Assembly: GCF_009914755.1 (NCBI RefSeq)
Contig: NC_060935.1
Length of the DNA stretch: 64,000 nucleotides
Strand: one strand, 5' to 3'
From: the human T2T-CHM13v2.0 reference genome, Homo sapiens
This document shows positions 1-13,399 of the stretch, one piece after another; the stretch's first letter is position 1, and each line of letters begins with the position of its first letter. The notes beneath the pieces were generated by a model, which made no database searches, had not been told where the DNA came from, and saw only the letters and a list, made by a program, of their open reading frames with translations. Position numbers and translations under genes: made by a program.

Positions 1-539
1 GTCCCTATGGATTCCTACATATACAAAATATTTGCATACAATTTCAAGGGGCTCATAGGCCCCCAGGAATTTCATCCTTCTTGATGCCCCTGGTTTTGTA
101 GATTATAATAGGTATCGTTTTTGAGCCTCCTCTCTGTTGCATGACGTGTGGCAGGTAATTGATATTCTAAATTATTTCATTTAGTTCGCACTCTAACTTT
201 GTAAAACAGTCATTGTCATTCCTATTTCACAGGCAGAACAACCGAGGCTTAGAGAACTTGCCAAGCGAGGGTTAGAGTTAGGATTTGCACCCAAATCTGT
301 CAGACTCTATGTCACATGGCCACTAGTCACTTCCTTAGAATGACCATGTCACCAGTTTATCCAGAAGAGCACATTTAGCAGTGACCAAGTGATCAGCCCT
401 ATAGGGGAGAAATTAAAGGTTGTTCTTGACCTCAAAGAGCTTCTATCTAGTTGAGAAATCAAGATAAACAGAAATCTGCAACATAGTATATTATTGCCAG
501 CAAATAATAGGTGTGGCAGAGCATTGATGTGATTCACCA

Positions 540-865
540 GATATGCATTTGCTTTTCATATTTTCCAGCTTCCCTTGCAGTGGTATTAGGCTCATGTGAC
601 TGGGCTTTGGCCAAGGAATATTGGGCATCATATAAGTTACTTTCAGTCTTGGCCCTTATAAACATGTCGAATGGTCTCTACTTTCTTTCCCTTGCCTTGT
701 TGCAGTGATTTAGGAAGCCATGTATTCCAGATGGCACAGTTCAAGATGGAGGAGAATTGCCCACCTGCTGTCAGATTGAGACAGGAAGGAGAAATGAACC
801 TCTATGTGTTAAACCACTGAGATTTCTGGTCACTGCAGCATAGTCTAAGCCTCCTGACTAGTCAA
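540..865 (+). mobile_element. MLT1 (MaLR LTR) fragment
   Basis: tttccagcttcccttgcag...catgtgact...gttaaaccactgagattt...gcagcatagtctaagcctcctgact resembles MLT1J/K. Confidence 0.55.
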
Positions 866-1134
866 ATGGGATAGCCATAATTGCATACTGAGGCGTTCTG
901 AGAAGATTAGGGAGTCCTGAAATATTCAGGCCTTGAGTTGGCTACAGGCCCCATTCTAGACAAGGTGAGTCAAAATCTTTAGAGAAGGGTCACAGTACTC
1001 TTTAATTTTTAAGGTGATACTGAGGAGAGGCTGGTACTGTGGTCTGCTATGTCTCCCAGAGAATCTCTCAAGAGAGGGGCACCATCCCATGAACATCTAC
1101 AGAGCAGGCTCTGGGGTGGGACTCCTTGGGCTAG

Positions 1135-1493
<359 letters not shown>

Positions 1494-1568
1494 CCCCATT
1501 CTAGCTTTATGCTGGATAATTTAAGGATCTACTTTGTAAAGTTGTTGTGATGACTAAATGAGAGTTGA

Positions 1569-2640
1569 TGTATTCGTTATCTATTGCAGCATAACAAATT
1601 ACCCCAAAACTCAGTGTTGTCAACAAAAAGAGTCAAACACTGTAAAATATTTGAAGAGGCTTATTCTGAGACAAATATGGGTGACCATGGCCCATGACAC
1701 AGCCCTCAGGAGGTCCTGAGAACATGTGCCCAAGGAGGTTGGGGTGCAGCTTAGTTTTATATATTTTAGACAGTCATGAGACTTCAACCAAATACATTTA
1801 AGAAATACACTAGTTTGGTCCAGAAAGGTGGGACAACTTGAACCAGGGGCCTCCAGCTTATAGGTAGATGTAAAAATTTTCTGATTGACAATTGGTTGAG
1901 TTTATCTAAAGACGTGGGATCAATAGAAAGGAATGTCTGGGTTAATATAAAATATTGTGGAGACCAAATTCTTATTTGCAGAGGAAGCCTTCAGATGGTA
2001 GGCTTCAGAGAGAATAGGTTGTAAAATGTTTCTTATCAGACTAAAGTCTGTGTTGATGTTAATGCTAGAGAGGTATAATGAGACATATCCAACCTCTACT
2101 TCTCATCAAGGCCTGAACTAGTCTTTCAGGTTAAATTTTAAGAATGCCCTGGCTGAGGAGGAAGTCCATTCAGATGACTGGGGGCCTTAGAATTTAATTT
2201 TTGGTATGCAGTGCCATAAAACAGCCACCATTTACTATCTCATAGTTTCTATGGACCAGGAATTCAGGGGTGATTCCCTGGGCAGTTCTGGCCTCTTGTG
2301 AGGGTGCTGTCACATATTGGCTGGTGCTGCATCATCTGAAGGCTCAAGCGGGGCTGGAGCATCCACTTCCAAGTTGTCTCACTCACGTGGCTGTTGGCCA
2401 GAGGCCTCATTTCTTTTCCACACAGGCTGCACCATGGGACCGCCTAAGTGTCCTCCCTGCATGGGGGCAGGCTTCCCTCAGAGTGAGTGATCCAAGAGAC
2501 CAAGGGGGAAGTCACGATGCACTGGCGTCACACAGGTCACCCCTGACTCAGTTTGGGCTGGGACTAAGCACGGATAAGGATACCAGGAGGCGAGGATCCC
2601 TGGAGGCCATCTGTGAGATTGGACAGCATAAGCTTTCCAA
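1569..2640 (-). mobile_element. MLT1 LTR interrupted by a MER4 LTR
   Basis: tgtattcgttatctattgcagcataacaaattaccccaaaactcagtg resumes after 2210 with cataaaacagccaccatttactatctcatag. Confidence 0.6.
1618..2210 (-). mobile_element. MER4-family ERV1 solo LTR (MER4A-like)
   Basis: tgtcaacaaaaagagtcaaa...cagccctcaggaggtcctgagaacatgtgcccaagg is characteristic of MER4; TG...CA ends; approximate 4-bp TSD gtgt/gtgc. Confidence 0.7.
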
Positions 2641-3089
2641 ATATCAACTTATCTGATATATAATCTTACCCTTATCAACAGCATAACCATTTCATTTGAT
2701 ACCTGAAATGCTTCAAACCATGTCTGACATGGAATTACAACTCAGTAAACATTAGCTATTTTTTATTACTAATAGAATGATCAGTAATCTCTATGAATTC
2801 CAGCTTTTCCACCATTTTATCCTCCTTCCCTCATTCCTCAACCACCCTCCTAGGTGGAGTCCAGCTGTATAAACACCTGTGCACCTGTTATGCCAGGCTG
2901 TGCACTGGGTGCTTGGTTCCCAGAAGGTAGGGGTCCACCTGGGCACCTCTGTGCCCCAGGGCAGAAAAACTCGAATAGAGACACAGAGGATGCTAGAAGC
3001 CAGGGAAGAAGAGGTTGAAAAACAATGAATGCTTACATGGGGGTGTCACAGTTAACAGGCTTGTTCGCCTCCATTATCCTACTAGAGAA

Positions 3090-3320
3090 AAAGTGGTAGA
3101 GTGGCTAAGAGCACACACTCTGCAATAAGATTGCCTGGGAGCAAATTCCAGGTCTCCTTACTAATTATGCGAACTTGGGCAAGTTACATAACTTCCCCGG
3201 TGCCCAGTTTTCTGTGAAAAAAAAGGGAATAATAGTTCTCATTTTACAGGGTTGTTGTGTGAATGAAACATTCTAAGCATTTAAAAGGCTCAGAACAGTG
3301 TCTGGCTCACATTGCTATTA
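3090..3320 (+). mobile_element. MIR SINE
   Basis: tRNA-like head plus core cttgggcaagttacataact...cagttttctgtgaaa...aatagt. Confidence 0.6.
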
Positions 3321-4049
3321 TTTTCTTTCTCATATCACCTGGGGCAGGGGGTGGGGGCAGTGGTTAAAGAGGAGATAAAGAGACAAGGGAATAAACAGAT
3401 GCAGACACCTTAAAAATTGCAAGGCAAAGCTGGTGTTAAGACATAGCTCTCTAGGACTTTCCCCTAGAGTCTCCCTGGCTCAGTGGGTGCTGTTCATGCA
3501 GGGGAAAGCTTGACCGAGAGTGAGTCCATCAGGCTGTGAGTCACTGGGTCAGGGTTGCGCGCCCTCACAGACACCTGGCACGCTTCTTGGCTGACTTCTT
3601 CTGTGACCAGGGCCTCTGATAGCCCTGTTCCCCTCCCTGCATGTTGTTTGTTTCTTCTTTTCCTAGTTTTCTTTGATTCAGATAAGCTCAGGGGCTCCTG
3701 AGCCGATCTTGTCTTCCTTTGATGGATGGGTGGCAAGGGAGTAGGGCTGGGGCCAGGGGCCCGTCTGTGGAGGGTGGAGGCAGATGGCGTGGGGCAAGGC
3801 AGCAGGCAGGTAGGAGAAATGAAAGGGCTTCACATCAAAGAAAGAGAAGCCAATCAACTGGAGTATTCTCTGTCCTCTGAGATTGGATCTGAGCTCTAAT
3901 TTGTGAATCTTAGTTAAGTTTTGAAAACCAAAAGCAAGGGGCTGCTGGACCTCCTGCCTAACAAAAGTGTTTGTTGAAAAGATTCAGAACCGTGACAAAG
4001 ATATAGCTCCCGCAGAGCTCTAAAGAGAAGGGAATTCAAGCTCCAGAAG

Positions 4050-4600
4050 GTGGGGACCCCACAGTGAAAATGACAAACAGGGTTCACACTCTCCTAGAGC
4101 TTGTCTTCCAGTGGGAGTACACAGACAATGCCAAACAAGATCATTTCAGCAAGTGTGATATGTAAAAAAGATGCTCTGTGACTTTGGGTTGAGTGGTCAA
4201 GGAAGCCTCCCTGAGAAGGTCACACTGGGGCTGAACCCTGCGCAGCCACATGTGGATCTGGGGGAAGTGTATTCTAGGGTGACCAAAGAGTTGGTGCCAA
4301 GGTCTTGTGCAGAAGGGAGTTCAATGTGATTGAGGAACAGAGGGAGGTCAGCATGCCTGGGGAAAGTGCAGGGAGGAGAGGGGGCCCACTGAGCCGGGGA
4401 GGCTGGGACAAGGAGCGCAGGTGTTATGGTGAGCCTCGTGGCAGGTTTTAAGTGTAAGAGTGATGACATCTGATGGGTTTAAAGTGACCACTCAGCCATC
4501 TGGCACAGAATGGATTTCAGGGGACAACAGAAGGGGTGAAGCCTGTTAGGAGGATGTCAGGAGTCCAGGTGAGGGCTACACCTAAACTAGTGTGGACAGT
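4050..4600 (-). mobile_element. L2 LINE fragment
   Basis: ggaagcctccctgagaaggtcacact...gccaaggtcttgtg...agtccaggtgaggg are typical L2 3' region motifs. Confidence 0.55.
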
Positions 4601-5680
4601 GGGACTGAAGGGCATGGCAAATGGCCCCACGTTGTGAACAGAGAAGAGAACCGCTCTTTACAACTCGTGAGGGAGCGATCACAAAGGAGCCTCACTTGAC
4701 GGTGCCACAGGGTGGGGCTCTGAGGAAAGGAGGCAGATCACAGCCAGGTCTGCACTGTCTAGGATAAAAAGGGTTTGGGAGGAGTACCTGATTCCAGCCC
4801 CATTCCTAGCATGAGCGAGTCTCTTTTATCCCAGGGCTCAGCAGATGGGAGGGCAGGCGACTTACCCCGGGACTGGGCAGCTGCTGGCGGGCCTTCTTTC
4901 TGGACTAGTGCTCCCCCTGCAGGAATCGCTGAATGCATAGCTTAGAAAAGTGAGAAGCTTCAGGATGAGGCCAGGACACGTGTGTAGTGAGGCCCAGAGT
5001 TCTGTGTTGTGGTAGCCTCTGAGCCCTGGCAGCTCCAGCCCTGGGGAGGACTATCCGTGCAGCTTCCACTGTTTGTCTGGATGGAGTACAGAGCTTCCGC
5101 AGGTGCTCCATCTTCGTCGGCAGCAAGGTTCAGAGGGAAAAGGTCCAGGACAAAGCTTAAGGAAGGACAGGTCAGCAGGGACCCACTTCTTCCTACTCTC
5201 CCACAGCTGGCCAGGCTCCCAGCAGCCCCACCTCCAGCATGCAGGAGCAGCTGGGGACTGCTGGGCTGGAGACGGCATGAAGGTGCTGTAGAGGCACCCC
5301 TGGGAACCACTGTGCTGGTGGAGAGGGACAGAAGAGAGGAGAAAGAGCTTCAGAACAAATGCAGACCACTCAAGACTTGGTTCTCCCTGGGGCAACCTCC
5401 CAGACCTAAGTCCATTCACTCACTCACTCACCAATATTTGAGACACCAGTGATATAGCCAAGAGGCAAAATGAGGAAAGAAGCAGGGAAGGAAGAAAAGA
5501 AGGGAGGGAGGAAAAAGAGAAAGGGATGGAGGAAAAGGGCACAGGCCCCGCCCTTATAAACCTCATAGCCTAGTAGAAAAAAAAACAGGAATCAAAGAAT
5601 TACAGGCCCATGAGTTGGAGGTTCCAGCCAGACTGAATGAGCGTGAATTCCTGCAGTCAGTTCTGAGCCCTTCACTGTCT

Positions 5681-6310
5681 CCTCTGAGCCTTTGCATGCG
5701 CTGTCCCTCTGCCTGGCCATCTTCCCTGTGTCCCTCCCTCCTTTATCAGGGGAGGGAGCAGAACTGAGGCTGGGCCAGTAGGACATGTTCACTGGGGCAG
5801 CTAAAGGCTCAATTGAGGTCTGAGGAGGGGAGACTAGCAGGGCAAATAGTCCTGCCGCTGCTATCCGTAGACGCTTCTCATTCAGAGGGACCATGGCCTG
5901 GGGGGCTTTCTTGTGATGACCCTCAGCAGTGACATGAGTGGGATGGGGTTTCCAGTCCCCATGGCATGTGCTTCCCCTCAACCTTTCACCAACGACCTAC
6001 CACGTGCCAGAGACTAAGCACTGGGGATAGAAGGTGAACGAGACTGGTGTGGCCCCCCGCCCTGCTCTCAGACCTGCCAATCTCCAGGGTTTGTTTTCTT
6101 GAGACTCCTGACGCTGCCTGGCCCGAGTCAGCACTAGGGATTCCTGATCTCTGCATATCCCTTCCCAGCCATCCAAGATAGCAAGAGCTGTTACCCTCTG
6201 GCTAACTCTTACTTATGCTTCCAGTCTCAGTCAGATGTCATGTCCCCAGCTCAGCCTCCCCGGGGGTCCCTTGACATGGTCCACAACCCCTGTACCTCCC
6301 CATCATTGCC
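5681..6310 (+). mobile_element. L2 fragment split by a ~450-bp duplicated insert (5742-6192)
   Basis: gcctttgcatgcgctgtccctctgcctgg...cttccc on the left and ctggctaactcttac...cttccagtctcag..agatgtca on the right are adjacent in the L2 consensus as recalled. Confidence 0.55.
5742..6192 (+). repeat. Local direct duplication, copy 1 (pairs with 8531-8988)
   Basis: Co-linear, roughly 90% identical by eye, from tttatcaggggagggagc to gcaagagctgtt. Confidence 0.92.
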
Positions 6311-6544
6311 CTGGGCCAGAACAGGCTCTGACTGTGTCTCAATAGAGACAAAAAAACTCTGAGATCACAATACCACTTTGGCTTCCTAATTTTCTGTCCA
6401 ATCTTTGGGGGGCCAGTGCCAACCAGGCCTTGAAGACTGATATTCCTCTATGGGATGAGAGATGCTTGCCTCCCTCTCTGGACTCTTATGGGACCAGCAA
6501 AGGGGATCCAGCCTTTCTTGTCGTCAGAAGGCATGAGCTGTAAA

Positions 6545-6690
6545 TGTGATTCCCCAACCTGGCTGCATGTGCAACGCTTGGGGAATTCCTAAAAATACAG
6601 ATGCCTGGGACTCTGACTCCAAAGACACTGCCTCAGGAGATCTGTGCTGAGATCTGGGCATATACATTTCTTGGAACTTCCTCCAGCTTC
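6545..6690. mobile_element. MER5A-like hAT-Charlie MITE
   Basis: gtgattccccaacctggctgca...aaaaatacagatgcctggg...ctgggcat. Confidence 0.5.
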
Positions 6691-6920
6691 CTGTACAAAT
6701 CTACCTATTGCAGCAGCATTTGTAATAGCAGAAGGTTGGTAACAGCCTAACTGTCCACCAATAGGAAACTGGCTAAATAAATCATAGTCCATCCAGACAA
6801 TGGTATACTGTGTGCCCTAGAAAGGAATGAAGAAGCTCTTAAGTACTGATAGAAGGAGACCTTCAGGATAGGTTACTGGGTTAAAGAAAAAAAAAAGCAA
6901 GGTGTATAACATATACTATT
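6690..6920 (+). mobile_element. L1M (L1ME-like) 3' fragment
   Basis: attgcagcagcatttgtaatagca...aactgtccaccaataggaaactggctaaataaatcatag. Confidence 0.55.
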
Positions 6921-8124
6921 TTTTCATCAAACTTTAATCAAACTTTTTCTGTAAAGAGCCTGACGGTAAATATTTTAGGATTTACAAGCCACGTATAACC
7001 TCAGCCTGGAGGCGCTGATGTGGCTTCAACAGAATAAACCTGTAAATGGAGTGGATCACAGAAAACTGAGGTGTTAGTCCTGAGTGGCCACTGGAGAAGA
7101 CAGGCACCTGTGTTAGGACCCTCGGATGGAGGCTTCTGAAGAACCTACAGAGGCACCTGATGTTAAAGCACTAGCTTTTACCATTCTCAACCGCTAGAGC
7201 CAGAGAATAACCCTACAAAGCCAGCCAGCTATCCCTCCCCACTGTCCTCCCCACACCAACCTTGCCCTGCCACCTGGAATAACATGCATCCCCCCTGCCA
7301 TGAGATAGCCTTTTGATGTTACCACCTCCTGAGCCTCCTTCTTTCTTTCCCTCCTCTATTTCCAGCTGCTCCTAATGTCACAAGGCTCCCAGACATCTAC
7401 CCAGCCTCCTTTGTCTCTGACCGGTCTCGGTCCATCTGGGGCAGCCATCCTTCTCCTTGTTCCTGGAGCTCCCAGCTTTAGATCACTGGCACTCCTGGGG
7501 GGCCATCTCGTCGATTTTGACACTTTTATCTTCTGAGGATGATCCTTTTCCACACTGTAACTTCCCAGCCCTGAATTTGTCCAGAAACTGAAAACCACTG
7601 GACGTGGGGCCAGACCTAGCTGTGACCTCCAGCAAATTATTTCTCATCTCCAAGGCTCTGTTTCCTGATCTGAGGAAGTGGAGATAATAAAACCACCGCT
7701 GAGGGATATGAGGATTCAAAGACCTAGTGTGCATGCCCGCCAGATGCTTTGTGTGACAACTTCTGGTGCCCAGTGTGAACGTGGAGATACTTTGCCCTCT
7801 CAGCGGACTCATCTCAGTGGATTAATCAGAAGTGCACACAGCTTTTGGGGTTTGCTGTGGAGAAGCTTGTGCTGCTTGGAAGGACTGTGGTTCATGAAAA
7901 AGCCCCTAGATACCCTCAGCTCCTCCTACCCCATCCCTGCTGCAGAGGCTCAATTTATATCTGTGGTCAGGGCTGAGCCCGGAGGTCTATACCCAGAGCC
8001 GCACACCTAGGAATCGAGGGAACACTCTCTGAGGAAGCTGACTTAGAGACTCGGAGGTGCCTTCTTCAATCCTGGCAGCTGCCTGGTGCTGCTGGGCTTG
8101 GGAGGATTAGAGCAAGAAACCAGG

Positions 8125-8469
8125 GGCTGAGCACAGTGGCTCACGCCTATAATCCCAGCACTTTAGGAGGCTGAGGCAGGAGGGTTGCTTGAGCCCAGGA
8201 GTTTGCAACCAGCCTGGGCAACAAAGCAAGACTGCATCTGTACTTTTTTTTTTTTTTTTAATCAGGTGGGCTGTTGTGGTGTGTGATACTTGGCAGGCTG
8301 AGGTGGGAGGACTGCTTGAGCCCAGGTGGTTGAGTCTGCAGTGAACCCAGATTACACCATACTCCAGCCTGGGCAACAGAGCGAGACCCTGCCTCAAAAA
8401 AAAAAAAAAAAAAAGAAAAAAGAAAAGAAAAGAAAGAAAGAAAAAAAAAGAAAAAGAAAAGAAAAGAAA
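8125..8469 (+). mobile_element. AluJ with T16 in place of the central A-rich linker and a long compound A/AAAAG tail
   Basis: Alu dimer with J-type gcttgagcccagg in both arms. Confidence 0.85.
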
Positions 8470-8530
8470 CCCTATCTAGACACAGAGCCATTGCAAAGAG
8501 CCAGCAAATATGTTTGATCTGTCAGATATG

Positions 8531-8988
8531 TTTAGCAGTGGAGGGAGCAAAACTGAGGCTGGGCCAGTAGGACATGTACACTGGGGGCGGCTGAAGGCTC
8601 AGTTGAGGTCTGAGGAGGGCAGACGAGTGGGGCAAATAGCCCTGCCCCTGCCATCCATAGATGCTTCTCATTGAGAGGGACCATGGCCTGGGGGGCTTTC
8701 TTGTGATCTCGATGACACTCAGCAGTGACATGAGTGGGACGGGGTTTCCGGTCCCCGTGGCATGTGCTTCCCCCCAACCTTTCACCAAGGACCTACCATG
8801 TGCCAAAGACTAAGCACTGGGGATAGAAGGTGAACGAGACCGGTGTGGCCCCCCGCCCTGCTCTTGGACCTGCCAACCTCCAGGGTTTGTTTTCTTGAGA
8901 CTCCTGACGCTGCCTGGCCCGAGTCAGCACTAGGGATTCCTGATCTCTGCATATCCCTTCCCAGCCATCCAAGACAGCAAGAGCTGTT
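8531..8988 (+). repeat. Local direct duplication, copy 2 (pairs with 5742-6192)
   Basis: Runs from tttagcagtggagggagc to gcaagagctgtt. Confidence 0.92.
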
Positions 8989-9199
8989 GCTTCTCTTCTC
9001 AAATTTCTCCCTTGGCTTCTTGATTCAGAGTTTCATCCCAGCTATGGTTTAAAAAACAAACAGCAAACAAACAAACAAACTAACCACACACTCAAACAAA
9101 CCTCAGACTGCACAATGGAAGCACTGCCTGGAATCATAAAGATCATTTGTTCAATGTCCCTTTTTCTCACTGCCAGGCCAGTGCTCTCGTCTGCACCAT

Positions 9200-10150
9200 G
9201 GAACCCATTATGACTTGAACCTTTCCAGATTGATTCCCCATAAACCTAATGAAGACATTGGAAAGGTGAGCTGAGGTAAGGTCGTGAAGAAACTCTAATG
9301 GAGCCCTATGGAGTTTGGAGTTTTGACAGCATACTGGGGACAATGGGAAGCCATTGACAGAGAAAAGCAGGACAGTGCCATGATGCATCTTCCATTCATT
9401 TATTACATTCAGTTAGCAAATATTTATTGAGCAGGTACTCCGTGCCAGGCTATGGGGATATAACATCGAACAAGATAGACAAGTTGCTCATCTTCATGTC
9501 TCCAATGGGGAGACAGACAACGACCATGGTAAATAAATGAGAATGCACATCAGTTCACTGAATTAATAAGACTTTCCATGGCGTGGAGTGGTGGGGGGCA
9601 AGAAATGAACAGGATGCTGTGATTCAGAATAAAAGAAGGAATCCTCTTTAGAGAGCATAGCTTGAGAAACTTTCTCTAAGATAGTGATCTTTTAGATAAG
9701 TATTAAAAAAATGGGAAGAACCCAGTCTTTTCAAGAGCAGGGGAAAGAGTGTTACAGTTTGGAGCAGGGCGAGGGGTGGGTGGGGGATGCAGTGAGTGCA
9801 CAGGCATTGCGGCTGGAAAGACTTTGGAGGACTCTTGGAACTGAAGGAAGGTTGGTGTGAATGGAGTGCTGAGGAAAGTGTTATGAGCTCAGGAGGCAGA
9901 GGGTGTCAGATGTCATCATGCTTAGAGGCTACCATAGGTGAGAAATGACAGAGTCATTAACCAAGGTGGTGCAGAGATGGAGAGAAATGGACCAATGTGA
10001 GTATATTTTGGAGAGAGAACCAGCAAGTCTTGCTAATGGATTAAATGGGAGGAAGGTGGGTATAGCAGCAGGCAGAGAAGGAGGCAGTGATGTTTCCCAC
10101 GTCTCTGGTTGGAGCTGTTGTTTACTAAGATGGAGAAGCCCGGGAAGGTG
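9200..10150 (-). mobile_element. L2 fragments
   Basis: cattcattt...aaatatttattgagcaggtactccgtgccaggc is the L2 3' end; L2-like sequence flanks it. Confidence 0.55.
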
Positions 10151-13100
10151 GGACCAGGTTTAGCGAGTAAAACCAGATCAAGTTTACTTTCTGGAAAGCA
10201 CTGGGAAGGCTGGACTTGGGGAGGACAAGGCCAGTGCAGGGTGCCCTTTGGAGGCTAATCCAGTATTCCAGGTGAGAGATCATGATGAGGATGGGCTAAG
10301 GTTGTGAAGGGGGATGAAGGGATACCCATGTCTCTGCTAAACAAGCAAAGAGAAGAGTTTCCCACTGCTTCAGACGCTATGAATTTCATTTTGTGAGATG
10401 GCTCAACAGAACAACCAGAGGGAGGAGTTCTTTTTGGGTAAGGTTGAAATGAAACCAACATGTGGAGAGGAGTGGAGGCGAATGATGTGGAAAATGGGGT
10501 CACGAGAGAGACCAGGCAGAGACTGCAGCAATGCAGTGTCTTCCACAGCTGGCTGTTTGACATGGGAGAGAGGAGTCTGGATTCACCATCTGTGCCAGGG
10601 AGAAATCCATCCTGGGAAACAGATGGTCAGCAGTCATGCCCATGCACCCTGGATGACCATGGGGGTTCCCTGGGGCTCTGCAGCCCGGGTGATTTTCTTG
10701 GGAGGTTTGGGACAAGCATTCAGAGGCTGTGGGCATAGCAGGCTCTAGGATTTCTGCTCTTGATGTCACTGTTACCCAGACCCCTAGAGCTGGGTCCCAG
10801 ATGGTGCAGCTGAGACGAGCTCTCTTCTCCTTAGCCTCACTGTCCTCCAGCAGTGCCCCTTCCAGCCTCTGAGGTTAGCAAAAGGCAGTGGCTGGTGGCA
10901 CTGACTGAGTGACCACTCAGTCAACCCTAGTCCCAGTCAGGATAGCCATTTTTTTCATTCATTTGTTCATTCATTCCTACATGCATTCAACAAATCCTGA
11001 CTGAGTATCTGTAACTACAGGCACTGTCCCAGGCCCTGCCCTTGAGAAAACGCAGATCGAGAATTGGACAATGCGGGCTACCAAGCCCTCTCATTCCCTT
11101 CTTCCTCATCCTGTCACTGCTTCTGGCCTTGAGGCCCAGAGCTGACCCGAATCATCACCCAGGACCCATTCCAGCCCCTGGCCCTGGCACTGCTGATTCT
11201 GATTTAAGTCCATTTCTTAATTTTATTTCATGAGACTAAAATGTCGTCAGAAATCAGGTTGTAAAGGACACTGAATAATATTTTTCTGAGTTTGGGCTTT
11301 ATTCTGAGTATTTTAGGCAGGAGAGTGACATCAGATTTCCATTTGCAAGACACCTGCAGCAATGAGGAGGAAGGATGGGAGGCGGGGTGAGAGGGATGGC
11401 ACGATGGGAGGCAGGGAACCAGTTTGGAGGCCTTTGGACTCGTCCAGATGAGAGGTGACAAGGACTCCTTGCCATGTCCCCCCATCCCCAACCCCATCAC
11501 ATCAAACCTACTCTCAGAAAAGAACTGATGAGTCCTCTGATGTGTGGAAGGGCTCACCCCAGTGGAGGCACCTGTGTACATATTTGAAGTTAAACCAACA
11601 CTGGGCATCTTTTATTTCTCAGACACCTTCATGTACAATGAATCCCCTCCAAGCTGCATTGCCAGGAAAAAGTACTTTCCATCTCTCCCTTTTAGAGATG
11701 AGAAACTGAGACTTAGCTCTAAGCAGACCTAAATTTGAATCCTGGCTCCACCACCTGTCCAGGTGTAGAAAGTTCCACTGTGGACTGACTGTGGGACTTG
11801 CATGGTTGCCATGAGCAAAACCTGATCTGGAAGAGTTGTATCTAATGGGCCCTAATGGTGGCATTTCAGAAGCACCGAGGAGACCCTGGGGGCTTCTGCA
11901 GCTGGGTCTGGGGAGCAGGGTTGAATGGGTGCCCTGGGTGGGCCTGCGCTGCCTGCTCTGTCTTCTGCCTTCTCTGCCTATGTTGCCCAGGGCCTGAGCA
12001 GGAGAGTTCTGTTAGGTGAAGGGTCTGGGCCTGAGGTTTTCTTTTGCAGGAAGCGTCTCCCCTTGCGGGGTTCTAGGAGAGGCCTGCCCACTACCCCACC
12101 TTCCCTCAGCTTCCCTGGTCTTTGTTCCGATTTTAGGCCAGGGTGGGAAGATAAGGAGGACGACTGCGCCATCTGCTGGGCATCTTGGGCAAGCTCCAGC
12201 TGCGCCCAGGTGAGGTTTGGCTTTTGCGCATGAGAACCTTGGGTCACCAAACAGGGTATGGCCCCTTGACCAATAATGTCTTTTATAGAAGTAGCCCCAG
12301 GGATACACTTCCAGTTCAGCTGGTGCCAGGAAACTCTCGGTACCCACAGAAGCTGCCCATTATCTGTGCGCTCAGGTGTGGGGAACAGAAAGGTGAACAG
12401 TGTGTGGGGGAAGGCACAGACACAGACCATTAAAATGCAGTGTGCTGAGGAATGATGGAGAAAACGCAGGTGGGGAAGACAGGCCAGTTAATTTGACTTC
12501 CTGGGCCCCCGTTAGGTGCTGCTCCTGAATCCAGAAGGATGAATAGGAATTAGGCCAGGATTAAGGGAAGGCATTCCAGAGAGAGGGCATGGCGGGGCAA
12601 AGCCCTGGTGACCATGCTGCCACCTCTGCTCAGGCCCAGGGCTAGTGCCTCTTTCCTGCCCTCCTCCAGCAGTTGGAGACTTTGCTGACCCCTGGGAAGT
12701 GCTGGTCCCTGAACTCTACAGTGGCAGGAGCTCAGAAGATCCACGTCTGCCCCTCCACTTACCACCTCAGCAGCAGCTCCTTCCTACCCTCATCCAGAGT
12801 TCCCAATCCCTACCTCTTCCTACCCAAGCCAAATAGTGTGGCTGGGAGATTGCTATGAACAAATCTCCCACGCTCACAGACTCAAAACCAATAAAGGCCA
12901 GAAATCAATGCTGGAGAATGAAAGCAAGCTGGAGAATGATGAAATCACCTAGTTGGTGAATTAGGGCCCAGCTGAGGTTGATTTAGGATGAGCAATTCAA
13001 GTGAGCGTGAATTCTGTCAGTCTGCCATTCTATTGCATTCAATCTAATTCAGGCATGGTTTACTACACAGGTCAAATCCTGTGAGTTTGTGGAAGAAGTG

Positions 13101-13399
13101 GGATGCAAAGGGACATTTATGGGGCAATCTACTGTGCGCCAGTCACAGTGGAAGATATCATGGATACCGAGTGAATGAGACATGGTCTCTGTCCTCAAGA
13201 AGCACCCACATCACCACCTGCTCCTCCCCACCACTGCATAGTTCCTTTCTGTTCTTTTCTCTTCCTGCAGAAAAGCTGCTTCCAGGAAAGCAACTGATAA
13301 ATTAAGCCACACTGAGCTGTAGTCAGCTGAGTGGGTGTTTATGACCGTACCTGTGAATTGTCTCTCACTATCTGCTCTATTTCAGTAAAATACAGAAAC

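Noticed and set aside
4905-5452. Cluster of overlapping GC-rich ORFs of up to 147 aa (similar clusters near 10.4, 12.0, 44.0 and 47.0 kb)
   Set aside because: No recognisable protein similarity or exon structure; expected by chance in GC-richer DNA
5592-8806. Similar ORFs at 5592..5981 and 8532..8777 suggesting a small gene family
   Set aside because: The similarity comes from the local duplication; the frames are not conserved between copies (indels) and there is no recognisable domain
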